A stretch of DNA of 64,000 nt, from positions 2,790,001-2,854,000 of the forward strand of contig NC_081332.1 of assembly GCF_022539665.2 (NCBI RefSeq). The letters run 5' to 3'. This document shows positions 12,189-26,100 of this stretch, piece by piece; positions within the stretch are counted from its first letter, which is position 1, and every line of letters begins with the position of its first letter. The notes under the pieces were generated by a model that saw nothing but the letters and a program-made list of their open reading frames with translations, was not told where the DNA came from and ran no database searches. This stretch comes from Daphnia carinata. Lineage: Eukaryota. The translations under genes and the position numbers were made by a program.

Positions 12189-14074
12189 TTCCCGAACGCT
12201 GTGATGTTCGTTTTCTGTGTTTTCAGAATAAGTTTTCCTATGTTAAGCATCCATATTTTTGAAGAAAGTGATGATGGTTTGTTTCGCAGAGGAATCGTTT
12301 AATTTTATTTTTTTCTCGTATTCCCCGAAAGAAACTAAGAAATCCAATGAGGAACGAACAGCACACAGGGTGTTGTCGAAGAGGAACACGTAGTCTAGAT
12401 TATGAGAACAAATTTGAAATTCTAGACAATGCTCTTGAGCAATGTGTCCGTTGTAAGATTTATTTTCTATATTGGCATAATAGTATTGTTAGAAAATCAT
12501 GAATTGTTTTCTTCCTTTTAGGTTTTTGACTTCGTTTAATGTTGTGGCTGAATTGGACAATGAGAGATTGAATCAACAACATATCAAGTGGGCAGCTCAT
12601 GGTCAAACTCGTTTGGCATAAAGGTATCATTTAATTGGGAATATTTGTTCATGTCAATACAAGTATTTGCATAGGTTTTCTTCATAGGGGCTTTAGCACC
12701 AAACATTTTTTCTTCTTTAGGGTTTGTTAGATAAGGGTGGAGGCAGCTTTAACAATTTAGATCTAGCACCTATTAGACTGGTGGTGTTGGCCCCGTGAAT
12801 CTTATCGTCTTCAAGCTGGGTGAAAAAACAATGAGTATTTAGTTATCAAAATTACCTGAGGCATGTGCAAATATTCAAATAATTCTTCGTTGAAGTTCAG
12901 TTGGTTTCGTGCAACATCCTCACAAAAATGCAACAAGACTTAACAAATAGAGCATATAGATGCAGTGTCGATCTGTACCAGTGAGTACCAGAGTAATGTG
13001 ACAAGCATTCATGATGGTGATTAATCTTCACACAGCTAACATTTAGTTGGTACTATTATATGTTTTATAAATTCAGTTATAATTTAATTCAACTTGTTAT
13101 TTAGTGGAATATAATTTATTTCAGTTTTTCTGATGCAGTTTGGAAGCCACTTGGAGTAAACCTTTCGTCAGTTACTCACAAAAAAAGATTGGCAAATCTG
13201 GTCCTGAGAGATCACTTTTTTTGTCAAGGAAATACTGGAAATTGGTATTGAAAAGGTCATTAACAGAAAATTTTTGTATTTAATCAGTTTATTCTTATAT
13301 TTAACATGGTTGTTCAGAAATGCCATGGAATCTAAAAGCACTTGACAAAAAAACATTTTGATTGTTCTCGTACCTGCATTAGATCGAAATTGCTTGTCCA
13401 ATGGTACCAATTCATTAATGAAAACAATCTATTAGACAAAAATGTATGATTGACTGATCATCATCTGTGTAAATTTATATATAATTCTTATAATTCTAGG
13501 TATTCAACCATGGCATGTTGACCAGCTATCTGCGGAGTGAAAATCTACTTGACAGTGTTCAACCAGTTAAGTAGCTGAATAGCTATGAAACACAACCAAT
13601 CCAGGAACTGAGTGTGTTGAACAACCACACTTATCTTGGAGAGCTGCAGAAAGAGAATGGAACATTACCCTGCCAAACACCTGCTTCCAAATGGTAGTTT
13701 TAATTATTTGTTTTTACAAGATATATTCAGTCAATTCTTCGAAAAACTGTTCTTTTTCACAGGTCAATGGCAGGGGTCTTATTCACTGTCTGATGAATTT
13801 AACTTTAAACAAGATATTGCTTTTGATTACCTCTGCTGGTAACTTTTATATTCCTAGTTAAGATATGGCTTTCATCAAAAAGGGTTGAAACTAACATCTA
13901 ACTTTTTTTCTTCTTCTCCAAAGAGCTGCTTAGGAAGTTAGCTAGAGTGACGAAGATGTGTCATCACAGCAGAATAAGTGTAAAAAGCAAGTTGTTCAGC
14001 AAAATGAGTGCCTTGCATTATTTACCACTATTTTACGATATTGAGCTGATGATACCTGGTAAACCTGCAATTTG

Positions 14075-15010
14075 TTTTTATGTAGACTTCATGGTTTTTG
14101 AGTCACGAATATGAAATTAGTTTTTATGTAGAATATATGTCCAAAATAAAAGTAGGTACGATAGAAATTTAAGGCCCGAAAAAACAATAAGCCCGACTTT
14201 TAACTAAAAAATTATTATCAATAAAACTAGATAATTATACATGATTTAGATGCTAAATTTAACAAGAATCACGAATATGAAATTAGTTTTTATGTAGACT
14301 TTATGGTTTTTGAGTTATTTTAAATATAAAAGTAGGTACGATAGAAATTTAAGGCCCGAACAAACAATAAGCCCGACTTTTAACTAAAAAAATATTATCA
14401 ATAAAATTAGAAAACTATATATGATTTAGATGCTAAATTTAACAAGAATCACGAATATGAAATTCGTTTTTTTGTAGAATTTATGGTTTTTGAGTTATTT
14501 TAAATATAAAAGTAGGTACGATAGACATTTAAGGCCCGAAAAAACAATAAGCCCGACTTTTAGTTAAAAAATTATTATCGATAAAACTAGATAACTATAT
14601 GTGATTTAGATGCAAAATTTAACAAGAATCACGAATATGAAATTAGTTTTTATGTAGACTTAATGGTTTTTGAGTTATTTTAAATATAAAAGTAGGTACG
14701 ATAGAAATTTAATGATTTAGGCTAAATTTAACAAGAATCACGTTATTTTAAATAAAAAAACAATAAGCCCGACTTTTAACTAAAAAAAAATATTATCAAT
14801 AAAACAAGAATAGATGAAAACTATATATGATAAATTAGATGCTAAATTTAACGAAAAAAAGAATCCCGACTTTTAACTAAAAAAATATTATCAATAAAAT
14901 TAGAAAACTATAATGATTTAGATGCTTTTTGTAGATGAAATTCGTTTTTTTGTTTATGGTTTTTGAGTTATTTTAAATATAAAAGTAGGTACGATAGACA
15001 TTTAAGGCCC
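14075..15010 (+). repeat. Second 180-bp array, partly scrambled
   Basis: Same unit as 11390-12188; out-of-order fragments at ~14101-14140 and ~14711-14960. Confidence 0.9.
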
Positions 15011-16727
15011 GATTCCCGAACGCTGTGATGTTCGTTTTCTGTGTTTTCAGAATAAGTTTTCCTATGTTAAGCATCCATATTTTTGAAGAAAGTGATGATG
15101 GTTTGTTTCGCAGAGGAATCGTTTAATTTTCTTTTTTTCTCGTATTCCCCGAAAGAAACTAAGAAATCCAATGAGGAACGAACAGCACACAGGGTGTTGT
15201 CGAAGAGGAACACGTAGTCTAGATTATGAGAACAAATTTGAAATTCTAGACAATGCTCTTGAGCAATGTGTCCGTTGTAAGATTTATTTTCTATATTGGC
15301 ATAATAGTATTGTTAGAAAATCATGAATTGTTTTCTTCCTTTTAGGTTTTTGACTTCGTTTAATGTTGTGGCTGAATTGGACAATGAGAGATTGAATCAA
15401 CAACATATCAAGTGGGCAGCTCATGGTCAAACTTGTTTGGCATAAAGGTATCATTTAATTGGGAATATTTGTTCATGTCAATACAAGTATTTGCATAGGT
15501 TTTCTTCATAGGGGCTTTAGCACCAAACATTTTTTCTTCTTTAGGGTTTGTTAGATAAGGGTGGAGGCAGCTTTAACAATTTAGATCTAGCACCTATTAG
15601 ACTGGTGGTGTTGGCCCCGTGAATCTTATCGTCTTCAAGCTGGGTGAAAAAACAATGAGTATTTAGTTATCAAAATTACCTGAGGCATGTGCAAATATTC
15701 AAATAATTCTTCGTTGAAGTTCAGTTGGTTTCGTGCAACATCCTCACAAAAATGCAACAAGACTTAACAAATAGAGCATATAGATGCAGTGTCGATCTGT
15801 ACCAGTGAGTACCAGAGTAATGTGACAAGCATTCATGATGGTGATTAATCTTCACACAGCTAACATTTAGTTGGTACTATTATATGTTTTATAAATTCAG
15901 TTATAATTTAATTCAACTTGTTATTTAGTGGAATATAATTTATTTCAGTTTTTCTGATGCAGTTTGGAAGCCACTTGGAGTAAACCTTTCGTCAGTTACT
16001 CACAAAAAAAGATTGGCAAATCTGGTCCTGAGAGATCACTTTTTTTGTCAAGGAAATACTGGAAATTGGTATTGAAAAGGTCATTAACAGAATATTTTTG
16101 TATTTAATCAGTTTATTTTTATATTTAACATGGTTGTTCAGAAATGCCATGGAATCTAAAAGCATTTGACAAAAAAACATTTTGATTGTTCTCGTACCTG
16201 CATTAGATCGAAATTGCTTGTCCAATGGTACCAATTCATTAATGAAAACAATCTATTAGACAAAAATGTATGATTGACTGATCATCATCTGTGTAAATTT
16301 ATATATAATTCTTATAATTCTAGGTATTCAACCATGGCATGTTGACCAGCTATCTGCGGAGTGAAAATCTACTTGACAGTGTTCAACCAGTTAAGTAGCT
16401 GAATAGCTATGAAACACAACCAATCCAGGACCTGAGTGTGTTGAACAACCAAACTTATCTTGGAGAGCTGCAGAAAGAGAATGGAACATTACCCTGCCAA
16501 ACACCTGCTTCCAAATGGTAGTTTTAATTATTTGGTTTTACAAGATATATTCAGTCAATTCTTCAAAAACTGTTCTTTTTCACAGGTCAATGGCAGGGGT
16601 CTTATTCACTGTCTGATGAATTTAACTTTAAACAAGATATTGCTTTTGATTACCTCTGCTGGTAACTTTTATATTTCTAGTTAAGATATGGCTTTCATCA
16701 AAAAAGGGTTGAAACTAACATCTAACT

Positions 16728-16827
16728 NNNNNNNNNNNNNNNNNNNNNNNNNNNNNNNNNNNNNNNNNNNNNNNNNNNNNNNNNNNNNNNNNNNNNNNNN
16801 NNNNNNNNNNNNNNNNNNNNNNNNNNN
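16728..16827. other. Assembly gap (100 N)
   Basis: Run of exactly 100 N. Confidence 1.
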
Positions 16828-17926
16828 AAGGATGGCCTCTTGTTGGGTGCTACTACGTAACGTGTCGTGCTAGTTGTTCCTGCTATAGTCTAACGTCTAC
16901 ATCCACCACGATACAGTGTAACATAGAAAAAGCTTAGTACACTTTCATCAGCAAGGAGAGACAAAAAGAAAGGAAAATATATAATTAATTCATTGTACCT
17001 GATGTTCTCCTCCGGGACAGGACGGCATGTCAGATAAAAGTTCTCCATCGACCGAGTTTTCTGGGCAAGAGTCCAAATCGCGATACTTTGTGACGCTGTA
17101 TTGGTTATCAGCGAAGTGGAGTAGAGTAGTATGTAGACGCCACATTTTCCATACAGATAACTACGACACAGAAACATTACACTGGCTACCTATAATAACG
17201 AAAGCGAGAATCACCTCATGGTCAGTATAGATCCCGCTGTTGATGCCAGACAGATCAAGTTGCAGTATAGACGAAATCGAACGCTTGAAGTTGGTCGACC
17301 AGAGGGGTTCTTTTATCATCGAGAAAAGCGGCAGCTTCCACTTTTTCGTATAAAGAAAAGCAGAATCATTTGGTTACCAGCTAGTAACATTAACATAATC
17401 TAGACAAATCGCTCAACTTTAGATCCTGAGTAGAGGAGATGGAATGGTTTGCTCAGCTGTTCATTCAGTTCAGTCAACTCGAGAAATGTATTGCCAGGGG
17501 GCGCAGTTGTACTGTCGCCCTTATCGCCATGCTGAATGGCCAGCGAAATGTTCTTGATCTGCATAGAAAAGAGTTTAGTGTCAGTGTCAATTCAGACAAA
17601 AATGTTTAGTTGCGGACATTAAGAAGTGAGCGCCATTTGGAATCTTCAACTTTTGAGATGACGTAAAGTTGCCCACGCAGCTGTTGACGGATGACAACTT
17701 GGTTGTTGACGCCCGATTCACTTTCGATTGATGCCTCCCCTTCGTATCGATATTCAAGACCCTCACGGAATGGAGACCTGTTTACTGTGTCTGTCCAAAC
17801 CTGTTTTGTCAAACCTAATTGTAAAGAACAAATATTTGTTCGATGTGACCATGCAAAATGTAATAGAAACAAATTGGCTTTATTATGGAACTTACCGAAC
17901 AATAGAAAACAGTAGTACAGCAACAT
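16828..17926 (-). CDS. Vitellogenin/large lipid transfer protein family gene, N-terminal exons, truncated by the gap
   Basis: Spliced: hydrophobic leader MLLYYCFLLFGLTK; PFREGLEYRYEGEASI; LNEQLSKPFHLLYSG; EPLWSTNFKRSISSILQLDL; YGKC..T; YSVTKYRDLDSC. This is the ordered motif series of the Vitellogenin_N/LLT domain. Small frameshifts near 17315 and 17130-17150. Confidence 0.75.
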
Positions 17927-18940
17927 GTTTCCAGCCGGTGAAAACCTATCGTTCACCAGAAGATTTGTTAGCTTACTGAACTTGAACGAAATCAGCCTCA
18001 ATCTTTTCATTTACACATAGCTGTTTCTTGTGATAATGCATGGCTCTGGGCTCATCCTTCTTGGTGCGTTCGTTCATTGGTAAACTATGATAAGACTGCT
18101 TCTTAAATTTCATATTACCTTTGACCTTGGTGTCGCTTTCATGCAGCTGGGGTAACTTTGAAAACAAAAAAGCGAGATTCTGACTATCTCAAACTATGGA
18201 TTTCATCAGTACTTGAGAAGAATACGTCCAGCATGTAAGCCTATGGAATCCATTCGAGTTACCGTCCGAAATCTGCTGAAACAATAGAAAATTTTAGTTT
18301 TTCAATTTGGCTAAAGCACGCCATAAGACGTATTGTCGTGTATCCTTCCATTGTCCAATTATTTGCCGTCGGATCTGTTAACTTGAACCGGAAATATCGA
18401 TTGGTACTGCCCTTTCTAACACGTATCAAGCTGGCACATCTGGTAAGAAAATGGAAATGATTACGGCACTAATAGCCAACATATCTTTATTTTAAATGGC
18501 CTGTTTGTTTGTTTTTGTCAGAAAAAAAAACAGATGGTTTAGTTTTCCTATTTTCGTAACTGCTCGTAACCGGGGAGTTCAGGGAGGTTCGGGAGCTCAG
18601 CAACAACTTACCAAGGAATTTTCAGAATAATCAACGCTCTATGATGTCGTAGTACAAGTATCGTGTACATAAAAAATTTTCCTGGGTCTGCAGATTATGG
18701 ATGTTTCTTTTCAATCATTTTTCTATCTGTTTTTTTTCTAGACTACTGGTCAGCAGAAGCGGATGGCGCACAGAAGCGTTAGAATCGTCAGCAGCGATAA
18801 TTCCAGGAAAGACATACTTTATATATTCTATTTTTTCTTAGAACTTAGAACGTTAACTTTAGAAACGATAAACCTTTAAATAAAATTAAGAAGTTAGTTG
18901 AACTATGATGGCACTTCGACGTGAAAATATAAGGTAGGGA

Positions 18941-21164
18941 TCAGACGGACATCAGTATAATGCTTAAATCTTTCCAGGCGTCCATTAGATCGTGGAAATC
19001 GTCGATTGTGTCGATATTATTTCCCCCGTGAACTTCATCTGTGTTTCAAAATGAATCGCCCATTTCACATAGTTGTTTTTAGCTACTATTTTCAATAGAT
19101 GGCATGACTAGAAGAAAGGTTGCAAAGTAATACCTTGAACGGCAGTCTCGGCGAAATCATCAGCTAGAGTGAGCACCGCGCCCCAGAGTTTCTTGACGAC
19201 GACGTAACGTTCGGGCGTCAATCGTGGAGCGTTGATGATGTTGGAGATAAGCTGGTGGACGCAGGACCGATCAACGACGATCTCGTTCTGCAGAATCATG
19301 GTAAATGAATAATTTTATTTTTTATTTGCCAAATAACTTAAAAATATGTTGTCTAGTGATATTGTGCATACCCTAAAGTTGTGGCCAATGAACTGGGGAG
19401 ATATCATGAGAGCCAATGCCATCAGAAGTGACGCTGTTGAGGCCCGACCACTTTTGTAAAGAATGTCAAAATATTTGACGACCAAATTCATGTCGATGGA
19501 ACTAAGAGGTAGCAGCACGGATGAGAAAGACCGCAGTAACCAACAGTTGGGCACATCTAAGAAGAAAGAAGCACAAAACAAAGGTACCATTTATGGCATA
19601 AGGTAGAGTGTGGGAGTTTTGTTTTACTTGAAATGTAGACGAGGACTTCCAGGGAGAGAAACGGAGACCAATTTGGGATCAAGTGTAGGATGCCTATGGT
19701 TTTCGCTAATTTGAAAAACACATTGGTATGTTGCTGAAACGCACGGACGTTAAAGGCGAAATTCCAGTCGATTTGGCCTTGAAAATTTCAAATAGTTTTT
19801 ATGGTTTGAAATCCGTCATCGAAAAATGAAAATGAAAAACGCTAGTCGTACCGTGGACGTTAATGGGGCCGTAGAGGAGAAGAAGGACCTTGGCCAGTTG
19901 CGCGGTGCCAATCTGGTTGGAAATGAAACCAATCCAAATAGCGCGATCGTAGTCAGTAACGCACCTATCTAGAAACAGGTAACGAAGGTTTCGGCGTAAA
20001 AAAAGCTCGTTCTCCAAGTCTGTGCCAGGCGCATCACACACAAAGCGTGAAATCTGAAATTTTAAATACTTGTCATTTTTTCTTCTTTTTTTTACTACAC
20101 TACTAAGAAGTTACCGAACGATAAAGAAACAGGCAATCGCTCATGTATGTAAAAACCTATCAAAGAAGAGAAACAATATGACCTTTCCTTCGTGTGTTAA
20201 CAATTGTAAGCTGACCTTGAGGCATTCGCCCTCATCCCATCCAGCAATGAACGACTGCAACACAGCGCCAACAAAGGGGAGTGTATCAATTGGGAATGAA
20301 TTGGCGGATTCTTTCTCAACCAAACGTTGAACCTAGAAATGAGTTCAATGAACGTGAGTCCGATTAAAATGTGAGGCACTATTTACCTTTTGCATAAGTT
20401 CGTGGAAGAATTTTAGCCTAAATTCGACCGTGAAAAGAAAACTAACTCGCTTAAGTAGTCGTCCGACATGTTGGCTCTGCTGGCATAGAAAATTTATATT
20501 CATTTATTCGGTTGTCAACGTTTAAGAGGCGAGAAAACTGCGTACCTGTTCAAGTAGCAGCACACTTGAAATAGGAATTTTTATCAACAGGCGAGCGACT
20601 CTCATGGCAAATTGCTCCTCCGTAACGTAAGCATAGATAACTTTGCCTAGTGCCTTTGATGCCATCGACATTTGACTTAAATCATTAACTGAATTCAAAA
20701 ATGTACAAAATTAAATGCGTTGAAAAATGCCAAACATAATTAAAGAATTGTTACGTGAGAGACGGTGAAGAACGTAGAACATGACCTCTTCAGTGAGTTT
20801 ACCGAATAGCGAATCCTCTAAACCCGAAGCTAAATACTGATTAATCTGCATTTCGACCATCACTTTTCGTTTTTTGATAGTGGCATTAGTGAATTTAGAA
20901 AAGGCTGTATCTAAGGCATGTTTCACTGCCTTGGTAGAGCTCGCCGTTGGTTGAATCTTGTCGGTCATTTTACAGGACAGTGATGATGGAACCTCCGGAG
21001 AAGAAAGCTGACACGTTTTGCACTGAGCGCCAAGACCTTGGAGAATTGCACATCATTTCCCTTCCCTTCACCCTCGCGCCAGAACTCTGCACGTGACTAA
21101 GCCCCTGTTGCCGAATGTTTTTACTTAGGTAATCGTGATTCTCCTCTTGATGAGATGGGATCAT
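18941..21164 (-). CDS. FBXO47: F-box only protein 47 (PROM-1 family), multi-exon; start codon uncertain (21164 or 20968)
   Basis: F-box LFGKLTEEVMFYVLHRLS.NDLSQMSMASK, then GAVLQSFIAGWDEGEC, VCDAPGTDLENELFLR..LFLD..DRAIWI, LAKVLLLLYGP, GQIDW and VPNCWLL. These match my recollection of FBXO47 motifs (AGWDELEC, VCSKPGS..LEL, ARLLYIIFGP, GQVVW, VPREWLL) in order. Stop TGA at 18941-18943. Confidence 0.85.
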
Positions 21165-23138
21165 CCATCAACGTCCGCCGGTCTACCATCATGTTACGAA
21201 AAGTTTTTTTTTTAATTTTAATTAATATTCGAAATATCATTTGTTTTGGGAAAAAAAGTCAGCTGATATTTTCTACGAAACAGAGATGGCGTTGAATAAA
21301 GCATGGGTTTTTCCCAACCTCTAGAAACGAAAAAGTGTTTTCCATTTTACCCTGTCATTTAGCCAAAGTATTTTTCCTATTTGTGTCTCCCGTAATCAAC
21401 CGTTAAATTATTTTTCTAATCCAGTTGAAAGCTTCCCTGTTATTGTAGAACAGATTCATGGGATACCAGTTACCAAGCCAATATAAGCAAATCCGTAATC
21501 TTCTGTCATATCAGCACGAACTTTGTTCACCATACACCGAGCACGATTAGGTCTTGACTAACCTAGTTCGTGTGCGAAACAGCTATAAACCTGATGCTCT
21601 ACTGATTAACTATTTCACATCGATAAACGGTAATGAGCAGTTATTTATTATTTGAACAAAAAAAAGTCGAAGCCGTTTTAGAAGGACTGCCACTTGTGAA
21701 GTTAAATTCCCATCCCGGATGTTTTTGCAAACATCCTACGCCAGGCATGTTTTATGCAATTTTTGTTTCCAAGCCTTATGAGACCTTTCGATGGAATGAA
21801 TCATTCTCGATAAGACGTATGTACGTAAGCCGTCATACCGCCTACTCGGAGTTTTAGATCACGCAGGTCGTGGCCGGTCGTGAGTCATGCTCATTGACAG
21901 GCTGCTGGTGCTTTTGATAGAAAAAGATTGAAACATTCCGTGTTGGCGAACAGGATGAAGGAAAAAGAAGGACTTTTGTCGCTCTGTCGATTAGTATATC
22001 AAAGACTACGGCAAGGAAAAATGATGTATTCCATAAATGCCAGACGCTGACAGCATGGCGGAAAGGCACTGATGTAGAGTTTTGAAGCGGTCAAGGAGAT
22101 AATGCAGTTATATCGATTAACGTCTCCACGTCTAAAGAAAACGTGGAAAGCCAATATGAAGATTTTTATGCAAAGACACACAGTCCAAAGGTGCGGAAAA
22201 GAATTAAAGGCGTTTCCGTCCTTGCAGTCTGGCTAGCTGTCACGAATATCGTACATTTTTGTTTTATCATCACCGTTTTCCTTTTTGTAATTGCATCACA
22301 TCAAACTGTTTAATGTCACCTTACAAGCAACTACACTATAACAAAATCTTTTTCCAGGTTGGTGCCTTTGCAGTCGATTAAAATGCTTAAGTCGTTCACG
22401 TCTAGCGAGTTCGTCAGGTTCGGCCCGCTTGAATTTCAGCTCAGTATTTTCTTGCATAATACATGCAGCTCTGAGATGGTGGCTTCATCAGCAGAGTAAT
22501 AGAGCCCTTGTTCCTACATCTCTGGCAACCACAGATAAACATAAACTATTTATTTTTAAAACCTTGTTTAGAAACAAGTCGAGAGCCTAGGAGTCGAGAA
22601 TGATGGGAATGGAATTATTTATTAATTTTTTTTTTCTTGTCTACATTTGAAACATTTAGTAAAGTTGGCAACGCCGTAACTGTTGCGGCCATATTGGAGG
22701 TTTTGACAGAAGGGAAGGAAAAGCTGACTACGAGTGCCGCCCACTGCCCGATAGGTACTGGCCGTGTCGGTTTCTCCCGCGATTCGGCACACACCAGTAG
22801 AGACAGTGTTTTATCGGGTTAGTTGGTTATTTAATCGAACGATAGCAGACGTTTCACCTAGCAATAATTTGTCATCGTCGTGCATATAGGTGTGTCGAAA
22901 GAGTCAAGAAGAAGCGTGGAGCGTTTTTTAATTTCATCAACTCACAAGTTGTGTGTGTACCCAGTTTGTCTGTCTTCGCTGCCATCCGAAGGGAGTATTG
23001 ATTTTCGGTGTATGTGTCTGCCACAGAGAGTGTGCCAGTGCGTGTGTGTAGCCGACGCCGTGTACCACTAACAATTTAGTGCTTTTTGGTGCAATTCTCT
23101 CTTTGAAATTGCCGTTGGGATTGTAGGCCAACCTCAAA

Positions 23139-26100
23139 ATGACCAAGGATAGATTAGCAGCCCTCAAAGCTGTAAGCTTACATACATTGTTGATTCATCT
23201 TTCATGGTTTCCCTGTAAACAGCCACTTTATTGTATCTTTTCCCATTTTTGCTGATTCAGGCTCAGAGTGAGGATGACGACACAGGGCCAGATGATGTGG
23301 CGGTCACCGTGGAGGCCCAGGATGGATATATGGAGGCCTTCTTTGCTGAGGTAAACCACAATTTCCTTTCACATTTCTAGCGAAAGCATTTCCTGGAGCT
23401 ACATAATGTCTCATTCTATATAGTTTTGTAATGAACAGGCTATTAACATAGCAAGGCCAACAGTTGAGTCAGCACTAAATATGCACCTGACCATTTTCAT
23501 AATGTCTGAACACGAATAACTTTGGATGATGGTATCCCGGTAAACGAGAAAGAGAGACGAATAGGAAGGGTGGAATTCATTAGCCATAATTGTGTTTACG
23601 ATAGCTCTCATTCATATTAGTAGTCGTGTCTTTTGATAGCGACGGAGAAAGTCGGCCAATAGTAGCATAATGACATAGGCGCGGTGGAGTCGTCCCTTGT
23701 TGGTCGTTGATGAATCGCAGATGGAATTGCATCAGTCCATGCATTATGGCCCCAGTCTGTCACGAAAACTGTAGGAAAAGCTTTTTTTTTCCCGTTTGTG
23801 TCTTAGTTTGCCTGTATTATTCCAAACAAACTTTTCGTCAGTGAGGCTTCCTCCCATCTACGGCTGCGCAATACACTTCTTATCAACAAAAAAAGCCGAA
23901 AAGGAAGAAGGGAACCAACGCTTAAAGAATCTGTAGTTTGCAAGGTTGTGACGATGAACAGTTTACTGTAGGGGTAGTATTGGTAGCATAGGCGTTTGGT
24001 AATTGATCGGAAGAAGAAGATCGATCTGGCGTGAAGCTTTTGCTCGTCACGAAGGAAGGGACTAGGCTGTCTGATTTTGGTGCAAACGCTTTCAAAGCAA
24101 ACGAGGGCACGAGAAGGTCGTAGGACTTTTGCGGGAGGTGGAATTCGTTTTTATGCCCACAGTCTGAAAAAGTCCGTTCTGTCATGCCAATTTTGCTGTT
24201 TCAGCCAATGGATATCGGCCGCAAAAAGGGTGGGTGTTGGGAAAGTCGACATGCATGAGTGGGCACCCTATCGCGTTACTACGTACGTAGCCCAGTGATC
24301 AGCTCCGCGCTCCTTTTTTTTCCTCTTTCTTACACTTAATCTTTCTATGCGTCAGCATCCACAAGGCATGAAATCCCCTCAACCACCTCGTCAAGCTTAT
24401 GCAACGTCACTCTATCAAACCTTCATCTTTTGCGTCCTCTTTCAATTTTAGATCTCTTTGAAAGAAGAAATTTTTTAAAAAACTTTCTTTCACGGGTGGT
24501 TTTCGTTTTCTTTTTGTTTGTCTGAATTGTGACGGCCTCTTACACATACTCACGCACCAGCTCCTCGTGTGCCAACTCGTAACCTTCCCGAAGTCTGCGG
24601 ACAATTTGGAATCTGGCCGAATTTCAAATAACACCCCTCACCTCATTTAGCCTTACAATGCCGAGTGTGGAATCTCAAAAGGAACAAAAGATTCGAAAAG
24701 ACGAGAAGGATTAAACAGAGTTAAATAGGGGAAGTAAAGCATTCGATCAAATTTGACCTTTTCATTCAGACTTACTGAAACGCCCTAAAGTCTCAGATTT
24801 TGTTTTGGACTCTCTTGTTGCCCAACTTCATCTCCATCCTTTTGGCTATCCTCCACCCGCGTTTATATGGGACCATCATTACCGTGCCGACGTACAATAC
24901 TCAGACATACAAAAGACCTACTATCCCGCCCACCACCTCCCAAAGTGCGCTATTCGCCTTCTCATTCTGAATGTGTGTGTAGTAATGCGTGCGCCGCGTA
25001 GACAGGCGGGTGGGGTGGGTTTTGTGTGGAACCCAAAGTCACATACATGCACATCGATCGATGGCGGCAAAGAAAGAGGGTCGAGACGAGGCACCGCCAA
25101 CTCCCTTTCTCTTTGCCAGCAGGACCTGAAGTCACGAAAAAGTCATAAAAAAATGGAAACCGAATGGTGGAAAAAATAAATAAATAAACGAAAGCCAGTT
25201 GCTTAGGTCCGCATTCACTCCTTCCATCTTCTTTTCGTTTTCAATCGTCTTTTTAAAACTTTCCTCAGCTGGCCAGCTCTAGTTTTCCGTGGGGGGGGGG
25301 GGGGGGCAGTACTGAAAGGGGAAGAAGAACGATGATGATGATGTAATCGATAATCGATATTGGTAGCTCGTTTTCCTCCCTTTTTTCTTTTTGTATTATC
25401 ACCGGGATTAGGGGGCTAGAAAAAAAGAGAGAAAAAGGAGCAGGAATGGATGGGTGTTAGAAGCGAGAGCGCCGATTAAAAAAAACCTAAAAGACAGTCA
25501 CGTTTTAATGTGGGCTGATGAATTTTTAGTGGTCATTATTGGCTGAGATGTGATTGTCATGCACATTTGTGACAGGTGAACGAGATACGGGAGAATATAG
25601 ACAAGATACAGGCCAATGTCGAAGAGGTCAAAAAGAAGCACAGTGCCATCTTATCGGCCCCGCAAACGGATGAGAGTAAGATGATCCTATTCCCTCATGT
25701 AGCTTATTACTAATTCAATGTTTTCATGTGCAGAGGTAAAACAAGAGCTCGAGGATTTGATGGCCGATATCAAGAAAACGGCCAATAAGGTTCGATCGAA
25801 GCTGAAAGGTAAAATCAAATTAAATTGAGAAAAATGGTGAAGAATATTGAAATGATATATTATTGGTTTTATTGAAAACAGTTATCGAACAGAACATCGA
25901 GCATGAAGAGCAGACGAACAAATCTTCGGCGGACCTGCGGATACGCAAGACGCAGCATTCGACGCTGTCTCGCAAATTCGTCGAGGTCATGACCGAATAC
26001 AACCGCACCCAGACGGACTACCGCGAACGATGCAAAGGACGCATCCAACGCCAGCTGGAAATCAGTAAGAAAACGCTATAAAACAATTGGCCAGTTGAGC

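Larger units (their letters stand above)
11072..16727 (+). repeat. Tandem ~2.7-2.8 kb unit (two copies plus start of a third) containing 180-bp repeats and a decayed multi-exon gene remnant
   Basis: tttcacaggtcaatggcagggg at ~11072, ~13755 and ~16578; duplicated ORFs 13168/15992 and 13636/16460. Confidence 0.95.

Noticed and set aside
14700..14960. Novel rearranged satellite variant
   Set aside because: Jumbled fragments look like a collapsed-repeat consensus artefact near a contig end.
17973..18445. Small exon-like minus-strand pieces
   Set aside because: Could not build a consistent ORF or assign homology.
21430..22530. Possible coding remnant between FBXO47 and Syx1A
   Set aside because: Stops in all frames and no recognisable family.
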